Positions 43,877-52,402 of a DNA stretch of 52,402 bases are shown here, in pieces (position 1 is the first letter of the stretch; every line of letters begins with the position of its first letter). The notes under the pieces were generated by a model, which did not search any database, had not been told where the DNA came from, and was given only the letters and a program-made list of their open reading frames with translations. The position numbers and the translations under genes were made by a program. Source of the stretch: a virus (lineage: Duplodnaviria > Caudoviricetes); IMG/VR virus record IMGVR_UViG_3300034106_003179, positions 1 through 52,402 of that record, one strand, 5' to 3'.

Positions 43877-45253
43877 TCAGCCGAACTTGAGGGCGACGAC
43901 CGGGCCAGCCTTGCTCGTCGAGCCAAGGTCGTGGACGACCATCGCGTTACGCGTGGTGGCGAACGTGAGCGTCTGGTCGAACTCGATGTACCGCTCGGAA
44001 GCGGTACGGATCGAAACGGCCCGCCGCTCGCCGAACGTCGCGGCCTGCGAGAGGTCGCCGAACATCGCGGCCACCTTGCCGGTCGTGCCAGTGAGGCCCG
44101 ACTCAAGGCTGTGGACGAGACGCACCGGGTAGCCGAGGAACCGCTCGCCGAAGCCAGCAGCCACGTCGGCCGAGGCGTTGCCGCCGGGGCCAGCCGCACC
44201 GCCGGGGAGCATGGCGAGCCGCAGCATCGCAGCGCCCCAGCCAGCCGGACTCACGTACCATGCCGCGTTGCGACGTGCAAAGAGCGGCAGGCGAGCCAGC
44301 GTGTCGGTGAAGTTCTTGAGCGTCAGCGCGTCGAAGGTCGAGTTGCTGGTCGCGGTCACGACCGACGCCGAATAAGCCGACTGCAGAATCTTCGTCGTGA
44401 TGCCGGTCGTGCCGTGGTACTGGCTCGACCCGTCACCGATGAAGCCAGCGTTGTCGAACGCTTCGGCAAACGCCTGGGCCACCTCGACCGCCATCGCGTC
44501 AGCGAGGTCGATAATGGAGTCTTCGAGGAGCGAGTTGGGGATGCGGTTGGCGATGCCCCAAATCTTCGCGTTCAGTTCGATGTTGTCGAACGTCACGTCG
44601 CTCGCCGACACCTCGACGTTCTCGCCAACCGGACGGGCGGCAAGGCCACCGGTGCGGCGGGCCACGACGAGCGTGTCGCTGCTCATGTTGACACGGCGGG
44701 CGTACTGCGGAAACGCACCGTACTCCTCGACAAGCCGGATGATCTCGTTGCTCATTTCGGGAGCGACGAGCACGCCGCCGAGGCTGTTGATGCCACCGGC
44801 CTGAGCGCGAGTCTCGACGCCGTGATCCTTGCACCACCGGCGGGCTTCCTCGTCGCCGAACACGAAGCCCTTGATGTGCATACCGGCCCGGTAGGCCGAC
44901 TCGGGGTTGCTGAACGCACGAAGGTTGTTGTGGGCCTTCGGCACCGCGTACTCACGCTTCTCCACGGTCGTCTCCTTCACCTCGGGGGTTTCGATGGCCT
45001 TGGCGGGAGCGGAACGCTCCAGCACGGATCGCAGGGTCTTTTCTTTCTCGTTAACCTTCTCAAGAAACTCGATCTTGGCCTTGATCTGGTCGGCACGCTC
45101 CATGAGCGAACGAAGCGAGTTTTCCTCCGCGCCCATCGCGGCGGGGTCGGCAGCCTCGCCCTCGGCGGCGGGAGCGTCTTCGGTTTCCATCGCAGCCTGA
45201 ATCTGCGCGGTGATGTTCGCCAGCTCGTCGAGCAGTGCCTTGATCTTGTCCAC
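43877..45253 (-). CDS. Major capsid protein (HK97 fold, with delta domain)
   Basis: Coiled-coil N-terminus, GGVLVAPE, FLGYPV, FGDLS. Confidence 0.93.
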   Translation of the reverse strand: MDKIKALLDELANITAQIQAAMETEDAPAAEGEAADPAAMGAEENSLRSLMERADQIKAKIEFLEKVNEKEKTLRSVLERSAPAKAIETPEVKETTVEKREYAVPKAHNNLRAFSNPESAYRAGMHIKGFVFGDEEARRWCKDHGVETRAQAGGINSLGGVLVAPEMSNEIIRLVEEYGAFPQYARRVNMSSDTLVVARRTGGLAARPVGENVEVSASDVTFDNIELNAKIWGIANRIPNSLLEDSIIDLADAMAVEVAQAFAEAFDNAGFIGDGSSQYHGTTGITTKILQSAYSASVVTATSNSTFDALTLKNFTDTLARLPLFARRNAAWYVSPAGWGAAMLRLAMLPGGAAGPGGNASADVAAGFGERFLGYPVRLVHSLESGLTGTTGKVAAMFGDLSQAATFGERRAVSIRTASERYIEFDQTLTFATTRNAMVVHDLGSTSKAGPVVALKFG

Positions 45254-45357
45254 GATGGAATCTCCTAGTGCGGTTCGTGGCGACGCGGACGCATCGCCTA
45301 CGCACGAACCTACGGCCTGACCCCGCCACCCATCCAGCAACGCGGCGGCGGTGTTTA

Positions 45358-45537
45358 CTAACTAAGAAATGCCGCCCGCCTGCGAATCTGCTCCGCAGGC
45401 ACGACCGACTTCGCGGTGTGGCCGCAGCACGGACAGCGCAGGTAGCGAGTTTGATACTCGCCGCGTGACTGACTCGACACGACGCCGAGGCGGGCCTTGC
45501 GGCACCGCTCGCATACGTCGCCGGATTTAGCGGCCAT
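45358..45537 (-). CDS. Ogr/Delta-like zinc-finger protein (59 aa, not in ORF track)
   Basis: CERC...TRYLRCPCCG. Confidence 0.6.
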   Translation of the reverse strand: MAAKSGDVCERCRKARLGVVSSQSRGEYQTRYLRCPCCGHTAKSVVPAEQIRRRAAFLS

Positions 45538-46540
45538 GCTGCCTCAAGAAGTCGCGGTAAAACGCGGCGCGCGTTTCCAAGTGTCGGCGGGCCTCGTCGT
45601 GCAGCCGCCGCTCCTGCCGGAACGCATCATACGAACGCTTGGCAACTGCCACGTCGCTGTCGGGGTAGGCGGGGAACGTGGTCGGGGAAACGTCGATCAA
45701 CGAGTCCACCCGCTTGATCGTCCGCACGCTGCGGCCTTCCTCGACGCTCCACTCATCGCCGCCCGGCGAGACTTGGAACGCGAAGGAGCTTCCCTTGACG
45801 ATTCCTGCTCGAATGTTCGCGGCAATGTCCTTGCCGTAGGTCGTATCCGGTACCGGGAACTCGTACCGCAGGCCCACTTCGTCCACGGTCAGCCGCAACG
45901 TCTCGGGGTAGCGGGCGAGGGGAAAGTTGGCGTCGTGGTTCCAGAGTGCCCGCGTCTGCAGCGGCTTCTTGCGGCCGCGTCGTTCGGAGACAAGGCTGAA
46001 CGCGCCGGGGTCCAGCCGCTCCACGAAATCGCCCAAGTCAAGCGACAGCACGCCAAACTTCGCGGCGTACCCGACGATCCACTCACGGGACTCGTCGCTG
46101 CCTTCTTCGCTCCGCGTCTCGACCGCGAGCAGCGGCGTGTCGGATTCAACCTCGTCAAGGATCAGCGAGCGGCGTTCGATGTTCATTTCCATGCTCCTGT
46201 TGTTGTCTGCTGCGTCAATCTGCTTAGTCAGTTTGTTGGCCCATGCCCGCCCCGGATCGCCGCCCCACAAGGCCCACGCGATTCGCCCCGCACTCGGGAA
46301 CCCATCCTCGCCGGGACTCCATCCCTGCCCCTGCTTGTCGACTTCATGGCGGGCGAAGTAACTCGCCATACGCTTCGCTGTGTCGGGCGAGATATTCGTG
46401 CCGTTCGACAAATCGCGGGCACGGGCCACGCCGACCGCTGTGCCGCCGCGGTTGAACTCGTCGCGCCACGCCAGCCCCTTTGCTGCTTCTTCACGGACGC
46501 CTGCCGGGGGCGTGAAGTCAATGTGGTCATACTTCGCCAT
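45527..46540 (-). CDS. HK97 prohead protease with N-terminal extension
   Basis: GYAAKF, ALWNHD, GSSFAF, DVSPTTFPAY. Confidence 0.92.
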   Translation of the reverse strand: MAKYDHIDFTPPAGVREEAAKGLAWRDEFNRGGTAVGVARARDLSNGTNISPDTAKRMASYFARHEVDKQGQGWSPGEDGFPSAGRIAWALWGGDPGRAWANKLTKQIDAADNNRSMEMNIERRSLILDEVESDTPLLAVETRSEEGSDESREWIVGYAAKFGVLSLDLGDFVERLDPGAFSLVSERRGRKKPLQTRALWNHDANFPLARYPETLRLTVDEVGLRYEFPVPDTTYGKDIAANIRAGIVKGSSFAFQVSPGGDEWSVEEGRSVRTIKRVDSLIDVSPTTFPAYPDSDVAVAKRSYDAFRQERRLHDEARRHLETRAAFYRDFLRQHGR

Positions 46541-48059
46541 CGGGGTTTTCCTTGCGGCGTCGCTTCTGCGAGCGGATTGGCGGCGACGGCGGGGTGGCGG
46601 GAGTCGGCGCAGGTTGGCTTTCGTTCACGCCCGCGAGGATCGCCGTGATCTGCTGGGCGTTGATGCTCGGGAACGACGCGGCGATCAACGCCGCCGCACC
46701 GTCCTTCGTGATAAGGCCCGCCGGGACTTGCGACAGAATCGCAATCAGCCCCGTGATCTGCGCCCCGTTGAGGCTCACGTCCGCAACCTGCGGGGCGGCT
46801 GGCCCGGCGTTTGGCCGCGGAGCGTCGCCTTCGGCGGCAGGCACGCCGCCCTCGACGCCTTGCCCGTCGATGCCGCTGCCCGGCTGTTGCTGGGCCAGCA
46901 CGTCCTCGACCGACGGCGGCGCGCCAAGCGTTCCCATGTTGAGCGGGCGGTAGCGAACGTCGCCGCCCTCCACGGGGTCCATGTTTTCAAGCTCGCGGAT
47001 GTCGTCGGTCGAAAGCACGCCGATGTCCCACATGGCCCGGTAGTACGACGACCGGCTCGCAGAGTCGCCGCGGAGCAGACCTCGCACGTCGAACTCAATC
47101 AGATAGCGGTCGTCCTCGGCGATAAGGTCACGCATGAACGCGGACTCAAAACGCCGTAGCCACGGCAGGATCGTGTGCGTGACGAATTCGATCTCGGCCT
47201 GCGGTCCCGCGGTGCCGATGCCAAGCAGCCAACCGGGCACGCGGAACAGGCGGGCGATTTCTTCCAACTGGTATCGCCGCAACTCAAGGAACTGAGCGTC
47301 GCTGTTGCTGCTCTGCGGAATCTCAAACGGGCGCAGGCCGTTGGTGAGGACGGCGGTGTTGTGGGAATTTCCCACGCCCGCGTGGCGTCGGTCCCATTGC
47401 GACCGCAAGGCTTCGCGGGCTTCGCCGTTGAGTTGCCCGTCCGTCGAAAGCACGAAGCCGGGGCGAGCCCCCGCCGCGAAGAAACGCGCCCCGTGCAGTT
47501 CGCACGCTCTGGCGAGGGCGATGGCGTCCTTGCACTCCTCCACGATCCTGATGCCGTTCACGCCATCGTCGGACGGGCCGCGGACTTGGAGGATGTGCTC
47601 GTTGGCGTAGGTCGTTTCGTTGCCGCGATCTTCGCGGTACTTGTACCGAAGATTGCCGTTTTCGATCCGCTCGACCTTCATGCGGCTCGGGTGCAGCGGC
47701 ACAATCTGCCCCGCACGCAGTTCGGAGAACGCGTCGCCCCACAGGCCAACGTGAAACACCGCCTGCTCCCGCCACTCGAAGCTCGTCTGCCACCCGTTCG
47801 GCTGGGAGTGCAGCTGGCGGTAGAGCGGCAGTTCGCGGGCAAGCCGCTTGCCGCCGCCGGGCGTCCGCTCCAAGACGTGCAGCGGCAGGCTCGCCACGGT
47901 TTCGGCTACCACCCGCAAACAGGCGAACACGGCGGCAACGGTTTGGGCGTTGCTGGAATCAATCCGCACGCCCGCGTTGGATCGGCTCGACGCGTCGTCG
48001 TCCCACATGCGTTCTTCGCCGGGGAGCCAGAGGATGCGGTTGTCTGTCTTGGAAATCAT
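46527..48059 (-). CDS. Portal protein (HK97 family)
   Basis: VFACLRVVAETVASLPL, QPNGWQT, QFLELR, IARLFRVP. Confidence 0.95.
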   Translation of the reverse strand: MISKTDNRILWLPGEERMWDDDASSRSNAGVRIDSSNAQTVAAVFACLRVVAETVASLPLHVLERTPGGGKRLARELPLYRQLHSQPNGWQTSFEWREQAVFHVGLWGDAFSELRAGQIVPLHPSRMKVERIENGNLRYKYREDRGNETTYANEHILQVRGPSDDGVNGIRIVEECKDAIALARACELHGARFFAAGARPGFVLSTDGQLNGEAREALRSQWDRRHAGVGNSHNTAVLTNGLRPFEIPQSSNSDAQFLELRRYQLEEIARLFRVPGWLLGIGTAGPQAEIEFVTHTILPWLRRFESAFMRDLIAEDDRYLIEFDVRGLLRGDSASRSSYYRAMWDIGVLSTDDIRELENMDPVEGGDVRYRPLNMGTLGAPPSVEDVLAQQQPGSGIDGQGVEGGVPAAEGDAPRPNAGPAAPQVADVSLNGAQITGLIAILSQVPAGLITKDGAAALIAASFPSINAQQITAILAGVNESQPAPTPATPPSPPIRSQKRRRKENPDGEV

Positions 48060-49663
48060 ATGAAAAAGATTTCAGGGGTCGCGTCGGGTTTTTGCTCGCT
48101 GCCGATCCACGCTCCGATGGCTTGGCACAACGCCACCACACCGTCGATTCGTTCAGTAGATTTGGCCTTGCTCGGGTAAATGTTGCCGTAGCGGTCTTCG
48201 TGGACGGCCACGTTGCCAGCACACCACGTCAGCACCGGGTGCCCGGCGTGGCGAATCTTGGCATTGGTGATCAAGTTTTCGAGACTCTTGGCGGGGGCCG
48301 ACATGGCCCGCCCGCCCTGCGGGAATCCTCGCACTTCCACCCCGTCCCCTTGCAGCATATTGGCGAGCATCTGCCCGTTGAACTTCAAATCGACCGCCAA
48401 CTGCCGCACGTTGTATTGGCTGCAAATCTCCGCGATGTCCCGGTGCAGCACCGTGTAGTCGGTCACGTTGCCGTCCGTCGTGCGGAGGTGGCCGTCGCGT
48501 ATCCAATCCAGATACGGCACCTTGTCCCGCTGGCTCCGCTCGACCGCGTTGGACTCGGGAATCCAGAAGAACGGCAGCACGTCAATGCTCCCATCCTCGG
48601 GATCGGGGCAGACGAGGACGAGGGCCGAAAGGTCGTAGGTCGTCGCAAGGTCGAGGCCCGCGTACACGGGCCGGTCGCCAAAGTCGCGGAGCGGCACCGA
48701 ACCTTGCTGCCACGTTTCCGGTGACAGCCAGCGAACGTCGGAGGACGTCCACGTATTGAGCCGGTAGCGAAGGAACGAATTGAGTTTCGTGGGCGACTGC
48801 TCGGCCTCCTTCGCGTCGAGGGCGAAGTCGCCCGGCTTGATCGTCACGCCCCACGACGGATTGGCCTGAGGCCACACGGTCGGGTCTTTCCAATCGGCCC
48901 CCCCCTCCATCTCGTAGATGCAGGAGAAGAACGTGGGGTCATGTTTCCAATTTGCCGCGACCGCCTTGGCGTATTGGTACTGCTCGTAGCAGATGCCTTT
49001 GCGGTCGTAGCCCGCCGTCGTGATGGAGCAGAGCAGCGGTTGCTCGCGGGCCGCACCGCCGTAGCGGAGAGCGTCCCAAAGACGACGATCTTTTTGAGCG
49101 TGCAGCTCATCGAATAGCAGCCCGTGGATATTCAAGCCTTCCGCACGGAACGCATCGGCAGACAGCACGCGATAGAACGACGCCTCCTTGCGGTACGCAA
49201 TCGTGCGGCGGGAGTCGATGACTTCCAGCACGCGGGAGAGTTGCGGCGACGCCCGCACCATGCTCGCGGCCTCGCGGTAGACCACCGAGGCTTGTTCACG
49301 ATCCGCAGCCGCCCCGTACACTTCGGCTCCGTTCTCGCCGTCCATGACGAGCAGATAGAGGCCGATGCCAGCCAGCAGCGTGGACTTCCCCGACTTCTTG
49401 GCCGTCGAGATATACGCCACGCGGAAGCGGCGGGTGTCGTCGGCGAGCCGCTTCCAGCCGAACAACTCGCCCAGCATCACCGTCTGCCACTCAAGCAGCG
49501 TAAACGGCTGGCCCGCGTGCTTGCCCTTGGAGTGCCGCAGCCACTCCTCGAAGAATCCGATGGCGTGCTTCGCGGCTTCGGGGTCGAAGTAGTAATCAAG
49601 CCCCTGACGGGCGGCGTCGCTTCGCAGCGTAGGCGGCAACCGGGTCTGTATCTGCGTTTCCAT
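48056..49663 (-). CDS. terL: Terminase large subunit
   Basis: AKKSGKST, FDELH, ITTAG, GLDLA, RIDGVVA. Confidence 0.96.
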   Translation of the reverse strand: METQIQTRLPPTLRSDAARQGLDYYFDPEAAKHAIGFFEEWLRHSKGKHAGQPFTLLEWQTVMLGELFGWKRLADDTRRFRVAYISTAKKSGKSTLLAGIGLYLLVMDGENGAEVYGAAADREQASVVYREAASMVRASPQLSRVLEVIDSRRTIAYRKEASFYRVLSADAFRAEGLNIHGLLFDELHAQKDRRLWDALRYGGAAREQPLLCSITTAGYDRKGICYEQYQYAKAVAANWKHDPTFFSCIYEMEGGADWKDPTVWPQANPSWGVTIKPGDFALDAKEAEQSPTKLNSFLRYRLNTWTSSDVRWLSPETWQQGSVPLRDFGDRPVYAGLDLATTYDLSALVLVCPDPEDGSIDVLPFFWIPESNAVERSQRDKVPYLDWIRDGHLRTTDGNVTDYTVLHRDIAEICSQYNVRQLAVDLKFNGQMLANMLQGDGVEVRGFPQGGRAMSAPAKSLENLITNAKIRHAGHPVLTWCAGNVAVHEDRYGNIYPSKAKSTERIDGVVALCQAIGAWIGSEQKPDATPEIFFI

Positions 49664-50123
49664 TCGTCGTCGACACCTGTGACCGGCTGCTCGGCGTCAT
49701 GCCGAACTCTTGCTCAATTCGCAGCATCGCGGCGTGGTGGCGGTGCATCTGCGTGGCCCACGGGGCGACTTGCGTGTATTTGATTCGCAGCCTGCCGTCG
49801 GTGCTGTTCGGGTCTGGCTCCCAGTGCGTGTATTGCTCGCCTGCGACCTTCACCTTCTCATAGCAGTCAAAATACAAGACCGTCTCGATGCAGTACCGCG
49901 TCAGCGTCGGCACGTCGGCCTCGGTCAGTACCCGCATCCGTGCGAGCGTTTGCACCGCTTCTTTCCAGACTTCGATGCTCTTGCCGTCGAGGGTCTTCGG
50001 CGGCGGGAAGTCCTGCGGCATGAGGGCAGGCGTCGGCTCGTCGGACGGCAGCGAATCCTTCGACGGGTTGCCGCGAATGTATTTGAGGATCGACGGTTCG
50101 GGCGGGGGGCCGCGTTTGCCCAT
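49596..50123 (-). CDS. terS: Terminase small subunit (P27 family)
   Basis: MGKRGPPP..GNP...EFGMTPSSR. Confidence 0.9.
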   Translation of the reverse strand: MGKRGPPPEPSILKYIRGNPSKDSLPSDEPTPALMPQDFPPPKTLDGKSIEVWKEAVQTLARMRVLTEADVPTLTRYCIETVLYFDCYEKVKVAGEQYTHWEPDPNSTDGRLRIKYTQVAPWATQMHRHHAAMLRIEQEFGMTPSSRSQVSTTNGNADTDPVAAYAAKRRRPSGA

Positions 50124-51022
50124 CAGATGAACTCCATAAGTTCTGCGCGGGATGCTGGTTCGTCCTTCATGCAACCTAGCACGCAACTGGTAATCATTTC
50201 AGCATCTGGCTGGCGCACACCACGGCACCCCATGCACGAATGGTGTGCCTTCACCACGACGCCGACGCCTCGCGGACGAAGGTGCTCCATCAACTCTTGA
50301 GCGATCTGGTTTGTCATTCGCTCCTGCACTTGCGGACGCTTTGCAAACACTTCAACAAGCCGCGGAATCTTTGACAGGCCAATCACGCGACCGTCTGGCA
50401 CGTAGCCCACGGCGGCGGTGCCGGTGAACGGCAACAGGTGATGCTCGCACATGCTTGAGAAACGGATGCCGCGAACGACAACCATCTGGTCGCTCGTCTC
50501 GTTGAAGACGGTGCCAAGCACGCTTCGCGGTTCGACGTGCAGGCCGGAGGTCATTTCGCGGAACGCTTTGACGACTCGCTTCGGTGTGTCCAGCAGCCCC
50601 TCGCGGCTCGGGTTCTCGCCGATCCACTCAAGCAGCCGCACGACAGCGTCCTCGGGGCCGCGTTCCTGCTCCCACGGGAACTGCACCCAGCCGCTCACCT
50701 CGTCCGCGTTTGGGGCGATGTTGGCGGGCGTGTGCGGCTTGCGGAGCAGCGTGTCAACGCGGTATCCCTCGGCCACGAACGGAGCGAGCGTTGCCCCGCT
50801 GTCCGCGAGGTCGTCCACGATGAGAAGCGTGTCGCGGTCGTAGTTTGCCAGCACGTCGAGCGTGATCGCACCCTCGGCCGGAGCGATCAGCGGGAGGCCC
50901 GTGTAGGCCGCGACCGGGATGCCGCCACGCGGCACGCCATAGACGGCGACCGCCTGCGGATTCCTCGCCACGATGGCTTCGGCCCCTCGGGCCACGTCGT
51001 GCCAAGTTAGCGAACGAGCCAC
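50123..51022 (-). CDS. folE: Phosphoribosyltransferase-GTP cyclohydrolase I fusion
   Basis: N-terminal GVPRGG, LIVDDLADSGATL, WVQFPWE; C-terminal TPKRV, CEHHLLPF, GLSK, QVQER, HSCMGCRG. Confidence 0.9.
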   Translation of the reverse strand: MARSLTWHDVARGAEAIVARNPQAVAVYGVPRGGIPVAAYTGLPLIAPAEGAITLDVLANYDRDTLLIVDDLADSGATLAPFVAEGYRVDTLLRKPHTPANIAPNADEVSGWVQFPWEQERGPEDAVVRLLEWIGENPSREGLLDTPKRVVKAFREMTSGLHVEPRSVLGTVFNETSDQMVVVRGIRFSSMCEHHLLPFTGTAAVGYVPDGRVIGLSKIPRLVEVFAKRPQVQERMTNQIAQELMEHLRPRGVGVVVKAHHSCMGCRGVRQPDAEMITSCVLGCMKDEPASRAELMEFI

Positions 51023-51648
51023 GCCTTGTGCTGCTGCATCGACAGTCGCCACTCTGGGTTCTCCTTGATGAGATGCAGGCACCATTCGACCGCCCGCTTG
51101 TCGAGCGTCCAACCATCGAAGGCTGGACTAATGAGTTGATGAGTCGCCTTGCACGTTGGCTTTGGCACCGCCTGCCCGTGCCCCCGCACGTACTTCACTT
51201 CGTCGGCGGTGAGTTGCCGCACCGCGTGTTCGGCGACCTTCGGGCTGACCGTGATCCAGTCAAGGCCGAGGCCGCTCACGTCCTTGCTGCCGTTTGTTTC
51301 GATGGCACAGAGGAACCCCGCGGTGTGCAGGGCATCGACCAGTTCGCGGTCGGCTTGCAACGCAGGCTCGCCGCCGCTGAACACGATCCACGCCTTGTGG
51401 CCCGCGTCGTACCACTCCTGCGTCTTGCCGACCAAGGCTCGGGCTTCGTCTACGATCTCGGCGGCGCAGAGTTTTCTGCCCGACACGAACTCGGTGTCGC
51501 AGTCGAAACCGCCCGGCGAGTCGTCCGCAGCCTCCATGCGGCAGCGGAGGTTGCAGCCGGTGAAGCGGACGAACACGCTCATTTGCCCGGCTCGCATCCC
51601 TTCGCCTTGCGGCGACCAGAAAATCTCGTTGACCGTGTATTGCTTCAT
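51007..51648 (-). CDS. queE: 7-carboxy-7-deazaguanine synthase
   Basis: EIFWSPQGEG, RFTGCNLRC...CDT, SGGEP, IETNG, TVSPK, QQHK. Confidence 0.92.
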   Translation of the reverse strand: MKQYTVNEIFWSPQGEGMRAGQMSVFVRFTGCNLRCRMEAADDSPGGFDCDTEFVSGRKLCAAEIVDEARALVGKTQEWYDAGHKAWIVFSGGEPALQADRELVDALHTAGFLCAIETNGSKDVSGLGLDWITVSPKVAEHAVRQLTADEVKYVRGHGQAVPKPTCKATHQLISPAFDGWTLDKRAVEWCLHLIKENPEWRLSMQQHKAWLVR

Positions 51649-52040
51649 GGCTTCACCGTGACGATGGAGGTGTCGGTCTCTTGCAGGGCCAGCTCGACGA
51701 CGTTCAGGCCCGTGGCCCGCAGTTCGGAGAGGATATGCTCGGCCATGTTCTCGGCCGACGTGGGGAACGGGACTTCGTACACGCGGCAGCACGCGCCGCT
51801 GGACAGCAGCGCGTCGCGGGCGGGGTCGCTGGCGTGCAGCAGGAGCGAGTGGTCGAGGCGGTCGATGAACGGCTTGACGTGCTTTTCGATGTCCTCAAAA
51901 AGCATTGTGACGCTGCCGTTGCGTGGTTCCGATACTGTCACCGCGACGCCGTAGCGGTGCCCGTGAATCGACGCACACTTGCCGCCGATCTCCTCGTTGC
52001 GGTGGGCCGCGTAGAACTTGAAATGCTTGGTGATTGTCAT
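51645..52040 (-). CDS. queD: 6-carboxytetrahydropterin synthase
   Basis: AAHR, KC..HGH, LDH, TSAEN, QET. Confidence 0.92.
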   Translation of the reverse strand: MTITKHFKFYAAHRNEEIGGKCASIHGHRYGVAVTVSEPRNGSVTMLFEDIEKHVKPFIDRLDHSLLLHASDPARDALLSSGACCRVYEVPFPTSAENMAEHILSELRATGLNVVELALQETDTSIVTVKP

Positions 52041-52402
52041 GCAGCCGCCAGCAACGGGTCTGGCACTCCCGCGAACTCAAACGCTTCGGCACGCTCGGTG
52101 CAAGAGCCGCACTTGCCGCACGGCCTGTCGCTGCCGACGTAGCACGTCCACGTTTTTTCGTACGGGACTCCAAGCGCGACGCCACGCTTGCAGATGTCAC
52201 CCTTGGTCATGTCGATGTAGGGAGCGTGAAGTCCGAGGGTGTGCCAATCGCACAACCCGAACGCCTTGCCCATCGCGTCCACGAACTCGGGGCGGCAGTC
52301 GGGGTAAATCGTGTGGTCGCCCGCGTGGGCTCCATAGGCCAGCCGGTCGGCCTTGCGGGCGATGGCAATGGCACCGGCAGCGGCCAGCATGAACATATTG
52401 CG
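52037..52402 (-). CDS. queC: 7-cyano-7-deazaguanine synthase (5' truncated by window)
   Basis: RN.F, YPDCRPEF, TWTCY, PCGKCGSCTER. Confidence 0.92.
   Translation of the reverse strand, partial: RNMFMLAAAGAIAIARKADRLAYGAHAGDHTIYPDCRPEFVDAMGKAFGLCDWHTLGLHAPYIDMTKGDICKRGVALGVPYEKTWTCYVGSDRPCGKCGSCTERAEAFEFAGVPDPLLAAA

Noticed and set aside
12311-52392. Many long + strand ORFs (e.g. 12311-13492, 34389-35768, 43838-45268)
   Set aside because: They are antisense shadows of high-GC minus-strand genes with no recognisable motifs.

Overview
This is a near-complete, GC-rich, temperate siphovirus-like (HK97-fold) phage genome, coded almost entirely on the minus strand. Reading the minus strand from the right end: a 7-deazaguanine cluster (queC partial, queD, queE, phosphoribosyltransferase-FolE fusion), terS, terL, portal, protease, capsid, head-tail, tail tube, chaperone and tape measure genes, then a phosphoesterase and a DUF1599-like gene. 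Next come the only clear + strand gene (a tyrosine integrase) beside a tRNA-like attP, early genes behind two near-consensus sigma70 promoters, and replication genes (SNF2 helicase, prim-pol, UvrD, sliding clamp). These are followed by a glycosyltransferase/methyltransferase/papain-like peptidase/membrane block, a detached tail-fibre module, small accessory genes, and an HNH gene next to a possible cos region. The most striking feature is at about 690-2630: five integron-type attC sites (four exactly 89 bp) and a possible attI-like site. All cassette genes are inverted, most with RBS and start codon inside their own attC and the stop codon inside the neighbouring R' box, and no IntI is present in the window. 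Other notable items are a motif-order-swapped SNF2 helicase, a gapless 132-bp duplicated ori-like element and a mirrored 11-aa repeat tail protein. Functional calls come from motif recognition only; no database search was run, and the host (possibly Planctomycetota) is a guess.
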